A stretch of DNA of 64,000 nucleotides. Origin: Flectonema sp. DT1601 (taxonomy: Eukaryota). This document shows, piece by piece, positions 1 through 12,318 of the stretch. Both the position numbers and the translations under genes were made by a program. The notes under the pieces were generated by a model, which was given only the letters and a program-made list of their open reading frames with translations, was not told the origin of the DNA and searched no databases. Numbering within the stretch: the stretch's first letter is position 1; the number at the start of each line of letters is the position of its first letter. The stretch is taken from contig OZ025806.1 of the NCBI GenBank assembly GCA_964019425.1, forward strand, positions 124,001 to 188,000, in the 5' to 3' direction.

Positions 1-1254
1 ACCATCAAGTATTATTGAACCACCACTTTCTATTATAATTGTGTCACATTTTATATCAATGCTGCCTCCAGATTGGCCATTCCACGGCCTAGTTCGAATA
101 CATCCGCCGTTTTGAATAATTACAGAACCGAATACGTGACTTCCAGGGAGGAGAAATTCTTCAGAATCTACGAGAAGGCTGACTACTTGTGTCGATGCAG
201 TAGTGACTAATAATAATAAAGAGAAAGTAACTCCAGTAATAGCTGCATCACTTATGATATTATCAGAATCAGATAGAGGATCAGGTAGGGAAATAGAATC
301 ATCAGTTGCACAATTAGTTTCTGCGATCATAGTAAGCAACTCCTGTGTTGACCGCTCTGGACTAGGCGATGACGGAATCACAGCCGGTAATGCACTCTTG
401 AGCTGTTTGATACCTGGAATTGCAAGCTGACCACGTATTGTGATATAAGAAAGTTCACATAATAAAAATGACCCAGGACTCGTACTGTCAATAGGATTTA
501 TTCTTGGATAACCAATTGATGGTAAAACTTCTGACAGGTCATTTACTTGCGACAGATCATTCAAAATAGATGGACTCACTGAAACACCTCTCAGACTGTC
601 AGCAGCTATCGCAGCCCTAATCGCTCTGAGTGAGTTGAGAAGCCATGGAAGCACTCGTTTAGTTAGTTCTGTTTTGTGGGTTTGTAGTTTTTCTGTTTCA
701 CTGCGACATCTGTCCTGAAGAACGTTTGCTCTGTTTTTAATTCTACCCATCTCATCGTATTTCGTGACCTTAGTTGATGAATAGGCAACTTGATCAACGA
801 GGAAATCAGCGTACAATGCAACCTGATAAGCAGAGTCGTGAACAGATACTAACGCGTCATCAACGTCACTCGCAAACTGTTCAACAACAGCAAAAGCATC
901 CCCGAGAAGGATCTCCCAAGATTCAAGAACTTCTCGTCTGGGTACAGTTGTTATTAAACACATCGCATCAGGTGACTCACGGACTTCTGACAACAATGAG
1001 AATGTCTCTGGTGAGGGTGAGAGGGTACATCTATTTTGATGATTCTGCATTAAGCTATGTATCGCAACCCATTCTTTATGGATTACTCCTATCTCATGAA
1101 TTGTAAAAGACAGTTCTTCGAGTGTCTTTGTCTTGTCTTGCAGAACTACGTCACCAAAACTCAACGCTCGTGAACTCAACCTCCCTAAAAATAAATTCCA
1201 TAACCTATGTGCCTGAGCTAACTTCTCGGGTGATTCCTCAGCATTAAGCTGCAT
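1..1254 (-). CDS. Hypothetical protein, partial; 3' end runs off the window
   Basis: Not in the ORF track because no stop lies inside the window. I translated 1254-721 and the last ~140 nt by hand and found them in one frame with no stop (MQLNAEESPEKLAQAHRLWN...HVFGSVIIQNGGCIRTRPWNGQSGGSIDIKCDTIIIESGGSIILDG). An upstream exon is possible. Confidence 0.65.
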   Translation of the reverse strand, partial: MQLNAEESPEKLAQAHRLWNLFLGRLSSRALSFGDVVLQDKTKTLEELSFTIHEIGVIHKEWVAIHSLMQNHQNRCTLSPSPETFSLLSEVRESPDAMCLITTVPRREVLESWEILLGDAFAVVEQFASDVDDALVSVHDSAYQVALYADFLVDQVAYSSTKVTKYDEMGRIKNRANVLQDRCRSETEKLQTHKTELTKRVLPWLLNSLRAIRAAIAADSLRGVSVSPSILNDLSQVNDLSEVLPSIGYPRINPIDSTSPGSFLLCELSYITIRGQLAIPGIKQLKSALPAVIPSSPSPERSTQELLTMIAETNCATDDSISLPDPLSDSDNIISDAAITGVTFSLLLLVTTASTQVVSLLVDSEEFLLPGSHVFGSVIIQNGGCIRTRPWNGQSGGSIDIKCDTIIIESGGSIILDG

Positions 1255-2071
1255 TTTGTTCTCCAGTTGAGTGTCTGTATACCGAACAACCCTTGTTTGG
1301 ATGATGTAAAAGATAATAATATTTGGAAGCAATGATCACTTCATTCGACTACAACCAACCACTCGAGAACAAATGTTAACATTGAAACGTAAACTGTTAA
1401 ACGAAGTAAAACTTTCTAATTGCAAGTAATAAGACTGTTTCTCTGGATCTCTCTTGTTCTGTATGAGAACGAATTTCGATGTTTATTCACTTTCGACGGA
1501 AAGGGGAAAATGTCAGAAAAAAGTTTTTCAACTAACAAAGCGACGGTGATTACAGGAAATCCGTATCAAAAACACTCTCTGAGGGGAAAATTCTCTTTTT
1601 CCTTTTTTTTTTTAAAAAACGTTTTTTTTTTTTTTGTTGCTTTCTTTTTTTTGTTTCGCGCACGAAAAATCACAATTCTTGTCAAACCGTAGAAGTCCGA
1701 ATAGAGTTGAGCTTATGAGTTGCTGCAAACAATAACCTTTTTACTGACAAAGGGGTTGTTCAGTATAAAAGAATTCATAAAGAAGAAGAAGAATAAAAAA
1801 AAAAAAGAAGAGCAGGATATTAATTACTAATAATCGTCCTCTCATGATATCCACATCCTGATAGTTTCTTTTTTATATTTTCTTCGCTAGCGAGGGGAGG
1901 CAACTCTTAGAAGTTTTCTCAATTATTATTATTTCAAAAAAGGTACGAGTGAGAGTATATCATTCCTCGAACAAGTATTGCTGAACAGAAATAATTTCTT
2001 GTTAAGAGTGACACGAGTTGATGGGAAAAAAGAAAAGCAGTACAATTACACACAAGGATAACAATCACATC

Positions 2072-2311
2072 CTACAGAGTCTTAAGTCCCTCAGGGATGT
2101 TAAGGGTTCTTGGCTTCTCCCAAGTGAATCCCTTCTCACTAGTTCTACCAAAGTGACCCATCGACGCGGTCTCGGAGTAGATTGGTCTTCTCAAGTCCAA
2201 CTCCTTGATGATGTCGTATGGGCGAAGCTTGAAGTTGGCGTTGATGATCTGTTTTATTGAAAGTTGTTTATTTTAAGGAACAGAATTAATAAACAAAAAA
2301 AGAGAGATGAC

Positions 2312-2345
<34 letters not shown>

Positions 2346-3573
2346 TGACAGAAATCAACTAAAAGTCAACAGAATAATAATACATACGGCCAAAAGGTCA
2401 GTGTCTGAGTACTTTCCGGTTCCGTAACTGTCAACGTGGATTGAGAGAGGCTCAGCAACACCGATAGCGTAAGCCAACTGAACCAAACATCTCTTTGCGA
2501 GTCCGGCGGCAACGATCGACTTGGCGATCCAACGTCCGGCGTAGCACGCGGATCTGTCAACCTTGCTAGGATCCTTTCCTGAGAACGCACCTCCTCCGTG
2601 TGCTCCCCATCCACCGTAGGTGTCTACGATAATCTTTCTTCCGGTGAGACCAGCGTCAGCGTTTGGTCCTCCGAGAACGAATCTGCCAGATGGGTTCAAG
2701 TGGTAGATGGTCTGTTTGTTTAGTTTGGTTTGGTTTGGTTTGGTTTGCTCGGCAGAACAGAACAGAACAGAAGTGAAGAGAGAAACTGATGGAAAAGGGG
2801 AAAGTCGGAATTCCAAAGGGAAAGGATACCTCCACTTCCTAGTTTCCGCAAATGATTTAAGAAAAGAAAAGAATAGAAAAGAAACACACCTTGTCGTCAA
2901 GGTACTTGGCTGGGATGACTTCCAAGCAAAGGGCCTTGAGGTCCTCTCTGATCTTCTCGTTGGTGACTTCCTCAGTGTGCTGACTCGAGATCAAGATGCA
3001 GTGAACTCTAAGTGGAGTCAACAATCTCTTACCGTTGCTCTCATCGATCTCGTACTCAACAGTTACCTGAGTCTTGGCATCAGGTCTAGCCCATGCGAGG
3101 CTTCCGTTGTTTCTCTTCTCAGAGTGCTTCTGGGCCAATTGACGGGCCAACTCGTATGACAAAGGCATGAGAGTCTCGGTCTCATCAGTCGCGTATCCGA
3201 ACATAAGTCCCTGGTCACCAGCTCCAAGTGCTCCCTCATCATCGTACTGGGTGCACTGACCAATGTCAGGTGACTGTTGCTCAATCGCAACTAACACGTT
3301 GCAGGTCTTGAAGTCAAATCCCTTCTCACAGTGATCGTATCCGATCTTCTGAACAGTCGCACGAAGGATGCTCTGGTAGTCGATAACGGCCTTGGTGGTG
3401 ATCTCTCCGAACACCATAACCAATCCGGTCTTACAGCAAGACTCACATGCGACCTTCGACATTGGGTCGGCGGCAAGGCACGCGTCAAGGACGGCGTCAG
3501 AGAACTGATCGCACATCTTGTCAGGGTGACCCTCAGTCACGTGCTCCGAGGAGAACATAAAAGTACGTGGCAT
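2072..3573 (-). CDS. MAT: S-adenosylmethionine synthetase (MAT), copy 1, 394 aa, 3 exons
   Basis: Motifs EGHPDK, GAGDQG and GGGAFSGKD. Exons 3573-2890, 2711-2388 and 2248-2072. GT-AG introns 2889-2712 and 2387-2249 join in frame. Confidence 0.97.
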
Positions 3574-4138
3574 TTTGATAAAGTAAGGTTAGTGATAAAA
3601 TAATACTGTGTTGAGAAGTAATATTATAAAAGTGATAATTTAGGGAAACAAATATCTATTCGGAGACTTAATACAAAAAATGATTTAATATCACCGCAAG
3701 AATGTGCTGGGTGAACTCCTGTCTATTTGTTCATCACACCTGAGTAAGGCCGTCTGTAATGAAATATGAATAAGTTCAATTGAAGCTAAGATAAACTACT
3801 TGACAAAGGGAAGCACTCAAACAGACATCAAAATAAAGTGAGGAGTTGGTTTCTTTCCATTTTAAAAAGAAAAACTATCTGATTCGCTAAATTTATTTAT
3901 TTTTTTTATTTTGTGCTTATGGTTCCCAATTTTTTTTTTTTTTTTTTTTTCTCGACGTTTCGGTTGCTTATTGCAAGAGTTGTTCCTTAAGTTGCTGACT
4001 CAGAAGTATAACTTAGTTCTGCATTACTAAAACTCGGTTGTAATTAAGAGCCTACCACTAAAAGGTAAGGAGGAGAAGGAGAGAATGAGACAGAAAGGCA
4101 AGGCAAATAAACAGAAACCACAACTAATACTGCGCTGC

Positions 4139-5619
4139 TTACAGAGTCTTAAGTCCCTCAGGGATGTTAAGGGTTCTTGGCTTCTCCCAAGTGAATCCCT
4201 TCTCACTAGTTCTACCAAAGTGACCCATCGACGCGGTCTCGGAGTAGATTGGTCTTCTCAAGTCCAACTCCTTGATGATGTCGTATGGGCGAAGCTTGAA
4301 GTTGGCGTTGATGATCTGTTTTATTGAAAGTTGTTTATTTTAAGGAACAGAATTAATAAACAAAAAAAAAGAGATGACGATGATGATGATGATGATGATG
4401 ATGACGTGACAGAAATCAACTAAAAGTCAACAGAATAATAATACATACGGCCAAAAGGTCAGTGTCTGAGTACTTTCCGGTTCCGTAACTGTCAACGTGG
4501 ATTGAGAGAGGCTCAGCAACACCGATAGCGTAAGCCAACTGAACCAAACATCTCTTTGCGAGTCCGGCAGCAACGATCGACTTGGCGATCCAACGTCCGG
4601 CGTAGCACGCGGATCTGTCAACCTTGCTAGGATCCTTTCCTGAGAACGCACCTCCTCCGTGTGCTCCCCATCCACCGTAGGTGTCTACGATAATCTTTCT
4701 TCCGGTGAGACCAGCGTCGGCGTTTGGTCCTCCGAGAACGAATCTGCCAGATGGGTTCAAGTGGTAGATGGTCTGTTTGTTTAGTTTGGTTTGGTTTGCT
4801 CGGCAGAACAGAACAGAAGTGAAGAGAGAAATTGATGGAAAAGGGGAAAGTCGGAATTCCAAAGGGAAAGGATACCTCCACTTCCTAGTTTCCGCAAATG
4901 ATTTAAGAAAAGAAAAGAATAGAAAAGAAACACACCTTGTCATCAAGGTACTTGGCTGGGATGACTTCCAAGCAAAGGGCCTTGAGGTCCTCTCTGATCT
5001 TCTCGTTGGTGACTTCCTCAGTGTGCTGACTCGAGATCAAGATGCAGTGAACTCTAAGTGGAGTCAACAATCTCTTACCGTTGCTCTCATCGATCTCGTA
5101 CTCAACAGTTACCTGAGTCTTGGCATCAGGTCTAGCCCATGCGAGGCTTCCGTTGTTTCTCTTCTCAGAGTGCTTCTGGGCCAATTGACGGGCCAATTCG
5201 TATGACAAAGGCATGAGAGTCTCGGTCTCATCAGTCGCGTATCCGAACATAAGTCCCTGGTCACCAGCTCCAAGTGCTCCCTCATCATCGTACTGGGTGC
5301 ACTGACCAATGTCAGGTGACTGTTGCTCAATCGCAACTAACACGTTGCAGGTCTTGTAGTCAAATCCCTTCTCACAGTGATCGTATCCGATCTTCTGAAC
5401 AGTCGCACGAAGGATGCTCTGGTAGTCGATAACGGCCTTGGTGGTGATCTCTCCGAACACCATAACCAATCCGGTCTTACAGCAAGACTCACATGCGACC
5501 TTCGACATTGGGTCGGCGGCAAGGCACGCGTCAAGGACGGCGTCAGAGAACTGATCGCACATCTTGTCAGGGTGACCCTCAGTCACGTGCTCCGAGGAGA
5601 ACATAAAAGTACGTGGCAT
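4139..5619 (-). CDS. MAT: S-adenosylmethionine synthetase (MAT), copy 2, 3 exons
   Basis: Exons 5619-4936, 4772-4449 and 4315-4139; near-identical to copy 1. Confidence 0.97.
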
Positions 5620-6328
5620 TTTGATAAAGTAAAGTTGATGATAACTGTAAAGGGGAGTGCAATGACTTAATACTTCAACACGTATTGAGGATTAATAACC
5701 GAACTCAATAATAAGCTAAAAGAGCAGACATTTTTCACAACACAACACTCCCTGTGATTGAATGAATGGTAAAGGAAGCTCAATAACTCACTAACTAAAG
5801 AAAAGCATTCTCAGTCCAGTGGAACAAGATTGCTAGATCTGGAGAGGAAAAGATCATTTCTCTCCTATCCGCTCTCCAAAAGAGAATTTCTGATCTTCAT
5901 TTTCATTGATGATCTTATTTTCCACGTTTTGTGTTTCTTTTTTTTTTTTTTTTGTATTTTTTTTTTTCAATCAATTTGATGTGTCTCTGTTCTCTTCTTT
6001 TGTTTTTTTTTTTTTTTTGACTCATAACTACCCAAATAAGATAGGAATGGTTTATGGCTGAGGAGACAGGAACACGTTTCAAATACACTAAAAGGATTTT
6101 TGTCATTGCTAGGGGAAACAAGCAGCAACATCACCTTATTGTTGTCGGATTGTTGGAAGTAAAGGAGGAGAAAACGAATCTGAAGGAGAAAGAAAATAGC
6201 AATTGAAATGACAACTTACAACACAAGCTGCTGTTATGTTTTTACTCACTTAAAGAACTTGTTCAAAAGTAGTGTAATCACATATTACGCTAGCCTGCAT
6301 AAGTCAGTCATCGTACAGGACTCCCTGC

Positions 6329-6568
6329 TTACAGAGTCTTAAGTCCCTCAGGGATGTTAAGGGTTCTTGGCTTCTCCCAAGTGAATCCCTTCTCACTAGT
6401 TCTACCAAAGTGACCCATCGACGCGGTCTCGGAGTAGATTGGTCTTCTCAAGTCCAACTCCTTGATGATGTCGTATGGGCGAAGCTTGAAGTTGGCGTTG
6501 ATGATCTGTTTTATTGAAAGTTGTTTATTTTAAGGAACAGAATTAATAAACAAAAAAAGAGAGATGAC

Positions 6569-6602
<34 letters not shown>

Positions 6603-7825
6603 TGACAGAAATCAACTAAAAGTCAACAGAATAATAATACATACGGCCAAAAGGTCAGTGTCTGAGTACTTTCCGGTTCCGTAACTGTCAACGTGGATTG
6701 AGAGAGGCTCAGCAACACCGATAGCGTAAGCCAACTGAACCAAACATCTCTTTGCGAGTCCGGCGGCAACGATCGACTTGGCGATCCAACGTCCGGCGTA
6801 GCACGCGGATCTGTCAACCTTGCTAGGATCCTTTCCTGAGAACGCACCTCCTCCGTGTGCTCCCCATCCACCGTAGGTGTCTACGATAATCTTTCTTCCG
6901 GTGAGACCAGCGTCAGCGTTTGGTCCTCCGAGAACGAATCTGCCAGATGGGTTCAAGTGGTAGATGGTCTGTTTGTTTAGTTTGGTTTGGTTTGGTTTGG
7001 TTTGCTCGGCAGAACAGAACAGAACAGAAGTGAAGAGAGAAAGTGATAGAAAAGGGGAAAGTCGGAATTCCAAAGGGAAAGGATACCTCCACTTCCTAGT
7101 TTCCGCAAATGATTTAAGAAAAGAATAGAAAAGAAACACACCTTGTCATCAAGGTACTTGGCTGGGATGACTTCCAAGCAAAGGGCCTTGAGGTCCTCTC
7201 TGATCTTCTCGTTGGTGACTTCCTCAGTGTGCTGACTCGAGATCAAGATGCAGTGAACTCTAAGTGGAGTCAACAATCTCTTACCGTTGCTCTCATCGAT
7301 CTCGTACTCAACAGTTACCTGAGTCTTGGCATCAGGTCTAGCCCATGCGAGGCTTCCGTTGTTTCTCTTCTCAGAGTGCTTCTGGGCCAATTGACGGGCC
7401 AATTCGTATGACAAAGGCATGAGAGTCTCGGTCTCATCAGTCGCGTATCCGAACATAAGTCCCTGGTCACCAGCTCCAAGTGCTCCCTCATCATCGTACT
7501 GGGTGCACTGACCAATGTCAGGTGACTGTTGCTCAATCGCAACTAACACGTTGCAGGTCTTGTAGTCAAATCCCTTCTCACAGTGATCGTATCCGATCTT
7601 CTGAACAGTCGCACGAAGGATGCTCTGGTAGTCGATAACGGCCTTGGTGGTGATCTCTCCGAACACCATAACCAATCCGGTCTTACAGCAAGACTCACAT
7701 GCGACCTTCGACATTGGGTCGGCGGCAAGGCACGCGTCAAGGACGGCGTCAGAAAACTGATCGCACATCTTGTCAGGGTGACCCTCAGTCACGTGCTCCG
7801 AGGAGAACATAAAAGTACGTGGCAT
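6329..7825 (-). CDS. MAT: S-adenosylmethionine synthetase (MAT), copy 3, 3 exons
   Basis: Exons 7825-7142, 6968-6645 and 6505-6329; near-identical to copies 1 and 2. Confidence 0.97.
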
Positions 7826-8415
7826 TTTGATAAAGTAAAGTTAGTGATAACTGTAAAGGGGAGTGACAAAGATAATAAAACACTACTCTCACCAACATCA
7901 CTAAATACAACAAATACCCTACTCACCACAGGGATAACATAATAAGTATAAGCCCTCCATACAATAACAACACGTGAAGGATAAAAACAACAAAACAACA
8001 CAACACAAGCAATCAATACATTGAAGTTGAGAGATGAGACAGAAACATAAAATTTAAAATAATAAAAAGAAAACCATTCAGATTAGCCTTCTATTTCGTT
8101 GAACGCAGACAGGATCTGGGAAAATAAATCATGACCGTAAGAAATAACGGCTTTTAATCTAAATAGTTTGTTCTCCGACTACGTCGGTACAAAAAAAAAA
8201 CTGTTCGAATTTACTCCATCGTTCACAAAGAACGTTAAATAAAGGACAGAAACATAACGGAAACCTGATTGGTATAGTTTACTGATTAGGAGGCATCTTG
8301 TGAATAAAAGCCTATTGCGAGGTTGATAAGACATAGTCAGTGAAGGCTAGGTTGAACCAAAACTATTTATGTGTTTTTTTATTTGGAAAAAACAAAAAAA
8401 GGAGAAAGGAGAAAG

Positions 8416-10113
8416 CTAGACTTCCATCCTATCAGACGGTTGACGCATTGCCAACTCTCTTGCAGCTAAGCCAGCATGTCCAGAGTTATCATGCAAAGCC
8501 TTGATCGCCTGAGCACGAGAGACAGGATAACGTGCGGTGAGGTTTGCAACACGAGGTTCCCACTCTTCTGGAAATGAAGGCTGGCGACGAATTGGTTCTC
8601 GATAGTCAGGAGCAACACAGGAAGTCCTATTGAAGGTAAAAGAAGAACGAAGATCTAAACTATTAGCACTACAAGAATCAGGTACATCTTCAACATTTCT
8701 AGAGTAATGGTAGTTATCAACTGATGACTCCATTGAATCACCCGGATCTGAGTCACTCGCTTGCTCTATTCGTTCAATCTCTTCATCTTCACCGTAGCTC
8801 TCTAGTCGTTTGTTCATGTCACGCATGTAACCTGAATCCCATTCCTTGTTAGTTTTTCTTCGTTTCAATAAATAAAATAAGCACAGCAAGACAATACAAA
8901 CAACGGGAATAATAATTCCAAGAATCCACAGATGAATGTCTTCCTCCCAGGGGATTTCAGTTTTTGTTGGCTCACGTGACAATGATATCGTCTCTGTTCC
9001 AGAATATGAAATAGTAAATGTTATCGAAGATGATGAAGAAGGTGTCGGAAGTTCTGTGATGGATTTCGTAGTTGAAAATGAGAAAGTCGGTGTAGGAGTC
9101 GGCGGTGTTATAGGCGCCAGGTACTCCTCAGGAGGCCATGGTTTCGCTGTGTCATTAGCGAGGTACTGACACACTGCTTTCAGATGAGAATCACAGCGGG
9201 CATTACAAACATCTCCTGTTAGCGCTGTACAATTGGTTGTCGCATTCAGTTGAGTTCCAGTGCCAGCCACAATCGCACAACTTCCTATTTCTGGTTGACT
9301 TTCCCTATTACCCATCCACTTTGGAACAAAAGAAGTCTGCGGATTTAATGATGTCCATTCCCAGGCAATAGGGTCACTCGGAGTTCCCTGATATTCAGCA
9401 CTCACCCAGACTTCGGGATATCTTCGAATCAGTGTTTTCGCAAACTGCATTTCTTGATCATCCAGCAAAGAGGCCAGCACCGCACCGGTGTAGCCGCCTG
9501 ATGCAAAATCGGAGCAAATTCCAGATCCCCATTCGCTTTGTTGGGTTACTACCTTGTAACACAACGCAACAGCAGGACTCGATGGCGGATATGTTGTCCA
9601 AGTGGTATCATTGCAAGCATATGTTGGGGGAGCTGGTTTATATGAACACAGTGACAGAAACTGAGAATCGCAATCAGCATCACATAAGTATGGCCCGTCC
9701 TTACCTGGATACTCTGGAGTTGCATATCGGCAGTCGGTTGCTGTACTCCCAGACATGAACCCGCAATAATTCTTACCGTTCATCGAAAAGGGCCGCGGAG
9801 GAGCCCAGGCTGAAGTTCGCACTGGACCTCCGGTTTCCCATTCCCAGTTATTGCGTGTTCTGCTTACTTCTCTCATTCCTATCCACAGTTGCGACTTATC
9901 TCCCGCAAATCCTCCAATTGATTCCTGAGTCCCGTATTCCATGGCATACAAAACAGACCCGGTCTTCATCTTCTCGCACAAGTAGTCCCCCCACGGTCCG
10001 TTATCTTGGGAAATCTTGGCGCATCGGATTCCACCGTCAAATGCCCAACCAGGTTCGCACGGATCCCCACCCATGGACAGGTATCCCAACAGCATGGCTG
10101 CCACCGACGACAT
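8416..10113 (-). CDS. Type I membrane protein: two C-type-lectin-like domains, Ser/Thr/Pro stalk, TM helix, cytoplasmic tail ending in a UBA-like helical motif
   Basis: First ATG at 10113 (MSSVAAMLLGYL). CTLD-like segments CEPGW...LWIGM...WEWETG and CYKVV...VWVS...WEWTS. TM WILGIIIPVVCIVLLCLFYLL followed by KRRK. Confidence 0.75.
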   Translation of the reverse strand: MSSVAAMLLGYLSMGGDPCEPGWAFDGGIRCAKISQDNGPWGDYLCEKMKTGSVLYAMEYGTQESIGGFAGDKSQLWIGMREVSRTRNNWEWETGGPVRTSAWAPPRPFSMNGKNYCGFMSGSTATDCRYATPEYPGKDGPYLCDADCDSQFLSLCSYKPAPPTYACNDTTWTTYPPSSPAVALCYKVVTQQSEWGSGICSDFASGGYTGAVLASLLDDQEMQFAKTLIRRYPEVWVSAEYQGTPSDPIAWEWTSLNPQTSFVPKWMGNRESQPEIGSCAIVAGTGTQLNATTNCTALTGDVCNARCDSHLKAVCQYLANDTAKPWPPEEYLAPITPPTPTPTFSFSTTKSITELPTPSSSSSITFTISYSGTETISLSREPTKTEIPWEEDIHLWILGIIIPVVCIVLLCLFYLLKRRKTNKEWDSGYMRDMNKRLESYGEDEEIERIEQASDSDPGDSMESSVDNYHYSRNVEDVPDSCSANSLDLRSSFTFNRTSCVAPDYREPIRRQPSFPEEWEPRVANLTARYPVSRAQAIKALHDNSGHAGLAARELAMRQPSDRMEV

Positions 10114-10241
10114 CTTAAATTCCCCCGAATCGGGGATGGCTGTGCAAACCAAAAATTTCACTTGTTGTCAAAGAACATTTTTTTCCATTAAAGGAAGTAT
10201 CGATAGGAATATATAATTTAAAAAACGCAAGGCCCGCCAGA

Positions 10242-10314
10242 TCCCCCTTGGCGCAGTCGGTAGCGCGTCAGGCTGTTAACCTGCAGGTCGTTGGTTCGAA
10301 CCCAACAGGGGGAG
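10242..10314 (+). tRNA. tRNA-Asn (GTT)
   Basis: 73-nt cloverleaf: acceptor TCCCCCT/AGGGGGA, D arm GCGC..GCGC, anticodon loop CTGTTAA, T arm GTTGG-TTCGAAC-CCAAC. Followed by an oligo-T Pol III terminator. Confidence 0.95.
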
Positions 10315-10544
10315 ATTTTTTTTTCTGCTTCCTTGAACTTTAGTTTTTTAATTTTGTGCACCTGAAGAATTAAAAAATGAACAAAGGAGGAAATGCTTGG
10401 CGGGCTAATAGAAATATAATCTACAAACGAAGCCAGACATCTCAAACAAGTGTACTTATCTCTCACAAGTTTGCGTCTGAATGTGGAAGTTCCTCGCAGA
10501 AGAACGAAATTTAGCTTTATTGTCAACTGCAGGTTAAAAATGAA

Positions 10545-11909
10545 CTATGGCGGTTTGATGTTAATTATGCTGTTGTCAATTTTCTTAACGCTCTCCATGC
10601 TGGAAGGATACCGCAGTTGATGTATCCAAAGTTTCTTGTAGGTGTCAATGTTGACAAATAAGCAGGTAGCTTCCTTCTTTGTCCTCCAAAAGGCGGTATC
10701 TCCAAAACCACTCTGTGCCATTACTAAGTAATCACCCATACCCAAAACGTAATTATTGAGAAGGGTTAACTGAAACTTTTGCTTCTTTACAGTATTTGAA
10801 TCAAATACTTTGTATTTTTCGGGTTTCAGATTGTGAAGCTCACTGAGGTCTGTGTGATTAAATTGGTCACCTGGAGTACTGAAAGCTCTTTCAGGGTACC
10901 TCTCCTCAACAAGTTTGAGGAATTTTGGTGCGTCAGTTGTAATGAATAACTTTGCGGTTTTAAAACGATCTTGAGAAAATAATTTATCTAATACGTTCCA
11001 GAAATAAGGAAACGCTTCAGGATGGGTTCTCCACTTCTCACCAATCTGAAGACCTTCTGCCCATGGCCCCGATACCCTGACTTGCATGGCAATAAATGGG
11101 ACTTTATCGCTTACTGTGTGAGCTATCATATCGGTTGCTTCTTTGTTTGGTTCAAACAATAGATCATAAAGACATGAGTAGTGACATGACATATTACAAT
11201 GTTGCATTCCGATATCGATTAGTTTACTTTTCAGCTTTCCCTCACCCCAGATGTATGGATGAGCATCAAATGTGTTGGATTGAGCCCGAATGTTCTGTGA
11301 GTCATGTTTGGCCAATTTCTTCATGAATTTCCCGTGTTTTTGTAATTTCATCAACGAGGAGTCGACCTGAGTGGTAAGGTCATTTACTTCCTCTTCGGTT
11401 ATGGTCCAGTCGATGTAAGTTGGATTAAAAAAACATGTAAATGGAGCAGGATATGGAGAGTGAATTTTATAATTTTTCCCACTAAGCATCGCTAGGAAAA
11501 GAGTTGTGATAATTCCTCGATATCTGTCCCCAGTTCCTCCACAAAACCTCCTTAAATTCGGTTCACAATTATAAACAAAGGATGTTGGGTGTTGTGTACT
11601 CAAGTATCCCTTTAGAAAATCAACAAACTTGTCAGGGAGAGCAAGGCACGATTCTGGGAGTTGCTGTGGATCTTTCAAACTAAAACTTTGTTTTTGCTGA
11701 TATTCAATTTGCTCTTCTCTAACTGGAATGTCTTCTTCGCGTCTGAGCTGTGGGTTTTCAGTCAATACTTGAGCTTCGCGATTTATTTCTCGCGATTCAA
11801 TTCTCACAGGACGAGGAGCGATCCACCCCAAACTATCCACAGCTTGCTTCACAACCATTGCTGAAACCACTAACATGGCTACCACTACTGCCCTCACCAG
11901 TGGTAACAT
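10545..11909 (-). CDS. Type II membrane glycosyltransferase, fucosyltransferase-like (GT11/GT23/GT37 superfamily)
   Basis: N-terminal signal anchor. Motifs GGTGDRYRG..LFLAMLSG, IAMQVR, LFITTD and AQSGFG match the alpha-1,2/1,6/O-fucosyltransferase pattern. Confidence 0.7.
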   Translation of the reverse strand: MLPLVRAVVVAMLVVSAMVVKQAVDSLGWIAPRPVRIESREINREAQVLTENPQLRREEDIPVREEQIEYQQKQSFSLKDPQQLPESCLALPDKFVDFLKGYLSTQHPTSFVYNCEPNLRRFCGGTGDRYRGIITTLFLAMLSGKNYKIHSPYPAPFTCFFNPTYIDWTITEEEVNDLTTQVDSSLMKLQKHGKFMKKLAKHDSQNIRAQSNTFDAHPYIWGEGKLKSKLIDIGMQHCNMSCHYSCLYDLLFEPNKEATDMIAHTVSDKVPFIAMQVRVSGPWAEGLQIGEKWRTHPEAFPYFWNVLDKLFSQDRFKTAKLFITTDAPKFLKLVEERYPERAFSTPGDQFNHTDLSELHNLKPEKYKVFDSNTVKKQKFQLTLLNNYVLGMGDYLVMAQSGFGDTAFWRTKKEATCLFVNIDTYKKLWIHQLRYPSSMESVKKIDNSIINIKPP

Positions 11910-12318
11910 AGTTTCGGTTTTCTTTTATTGGTTCTGTTTGGAGAGAACGATAAATGTGTCACATAAAAAGCCAATCCGCCAATGCTAACACGGAGCCGGC
12001 AACTCATGTTAAGCACCAGAGTTTTACAGCAGTAAGAAACCAAAGGAACTTTAAGTAGCCCTTGGCAGGCTGTTTTCAAAAAAAGAGAAGAATCGTCAGC
12101 TTGAAGAAAACTGACAGAAAGGAATACACGATGGCACGCCACACTAATGAATACACAAATAAAGCAAAAGCTCAAACAGTTGTTAAAAGTAGTATGCGAG
12201 GTACACCTCTATGCTAAGCTAAAAGAGGGTATTGAACACGCAATGCTATAAATAAAAATAAAGAGATTTTAATGATAAAAGAAGAACAAGATAAAGTGAG
12301 CGTAAGTCATCAGTTGTT

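Noticed and set aside
2018..7942. Plus-strand and alternate-frame ORFs over the MAT genes
   Set aside because: These are shadow ORFs of the conserved MAT coding sequence.
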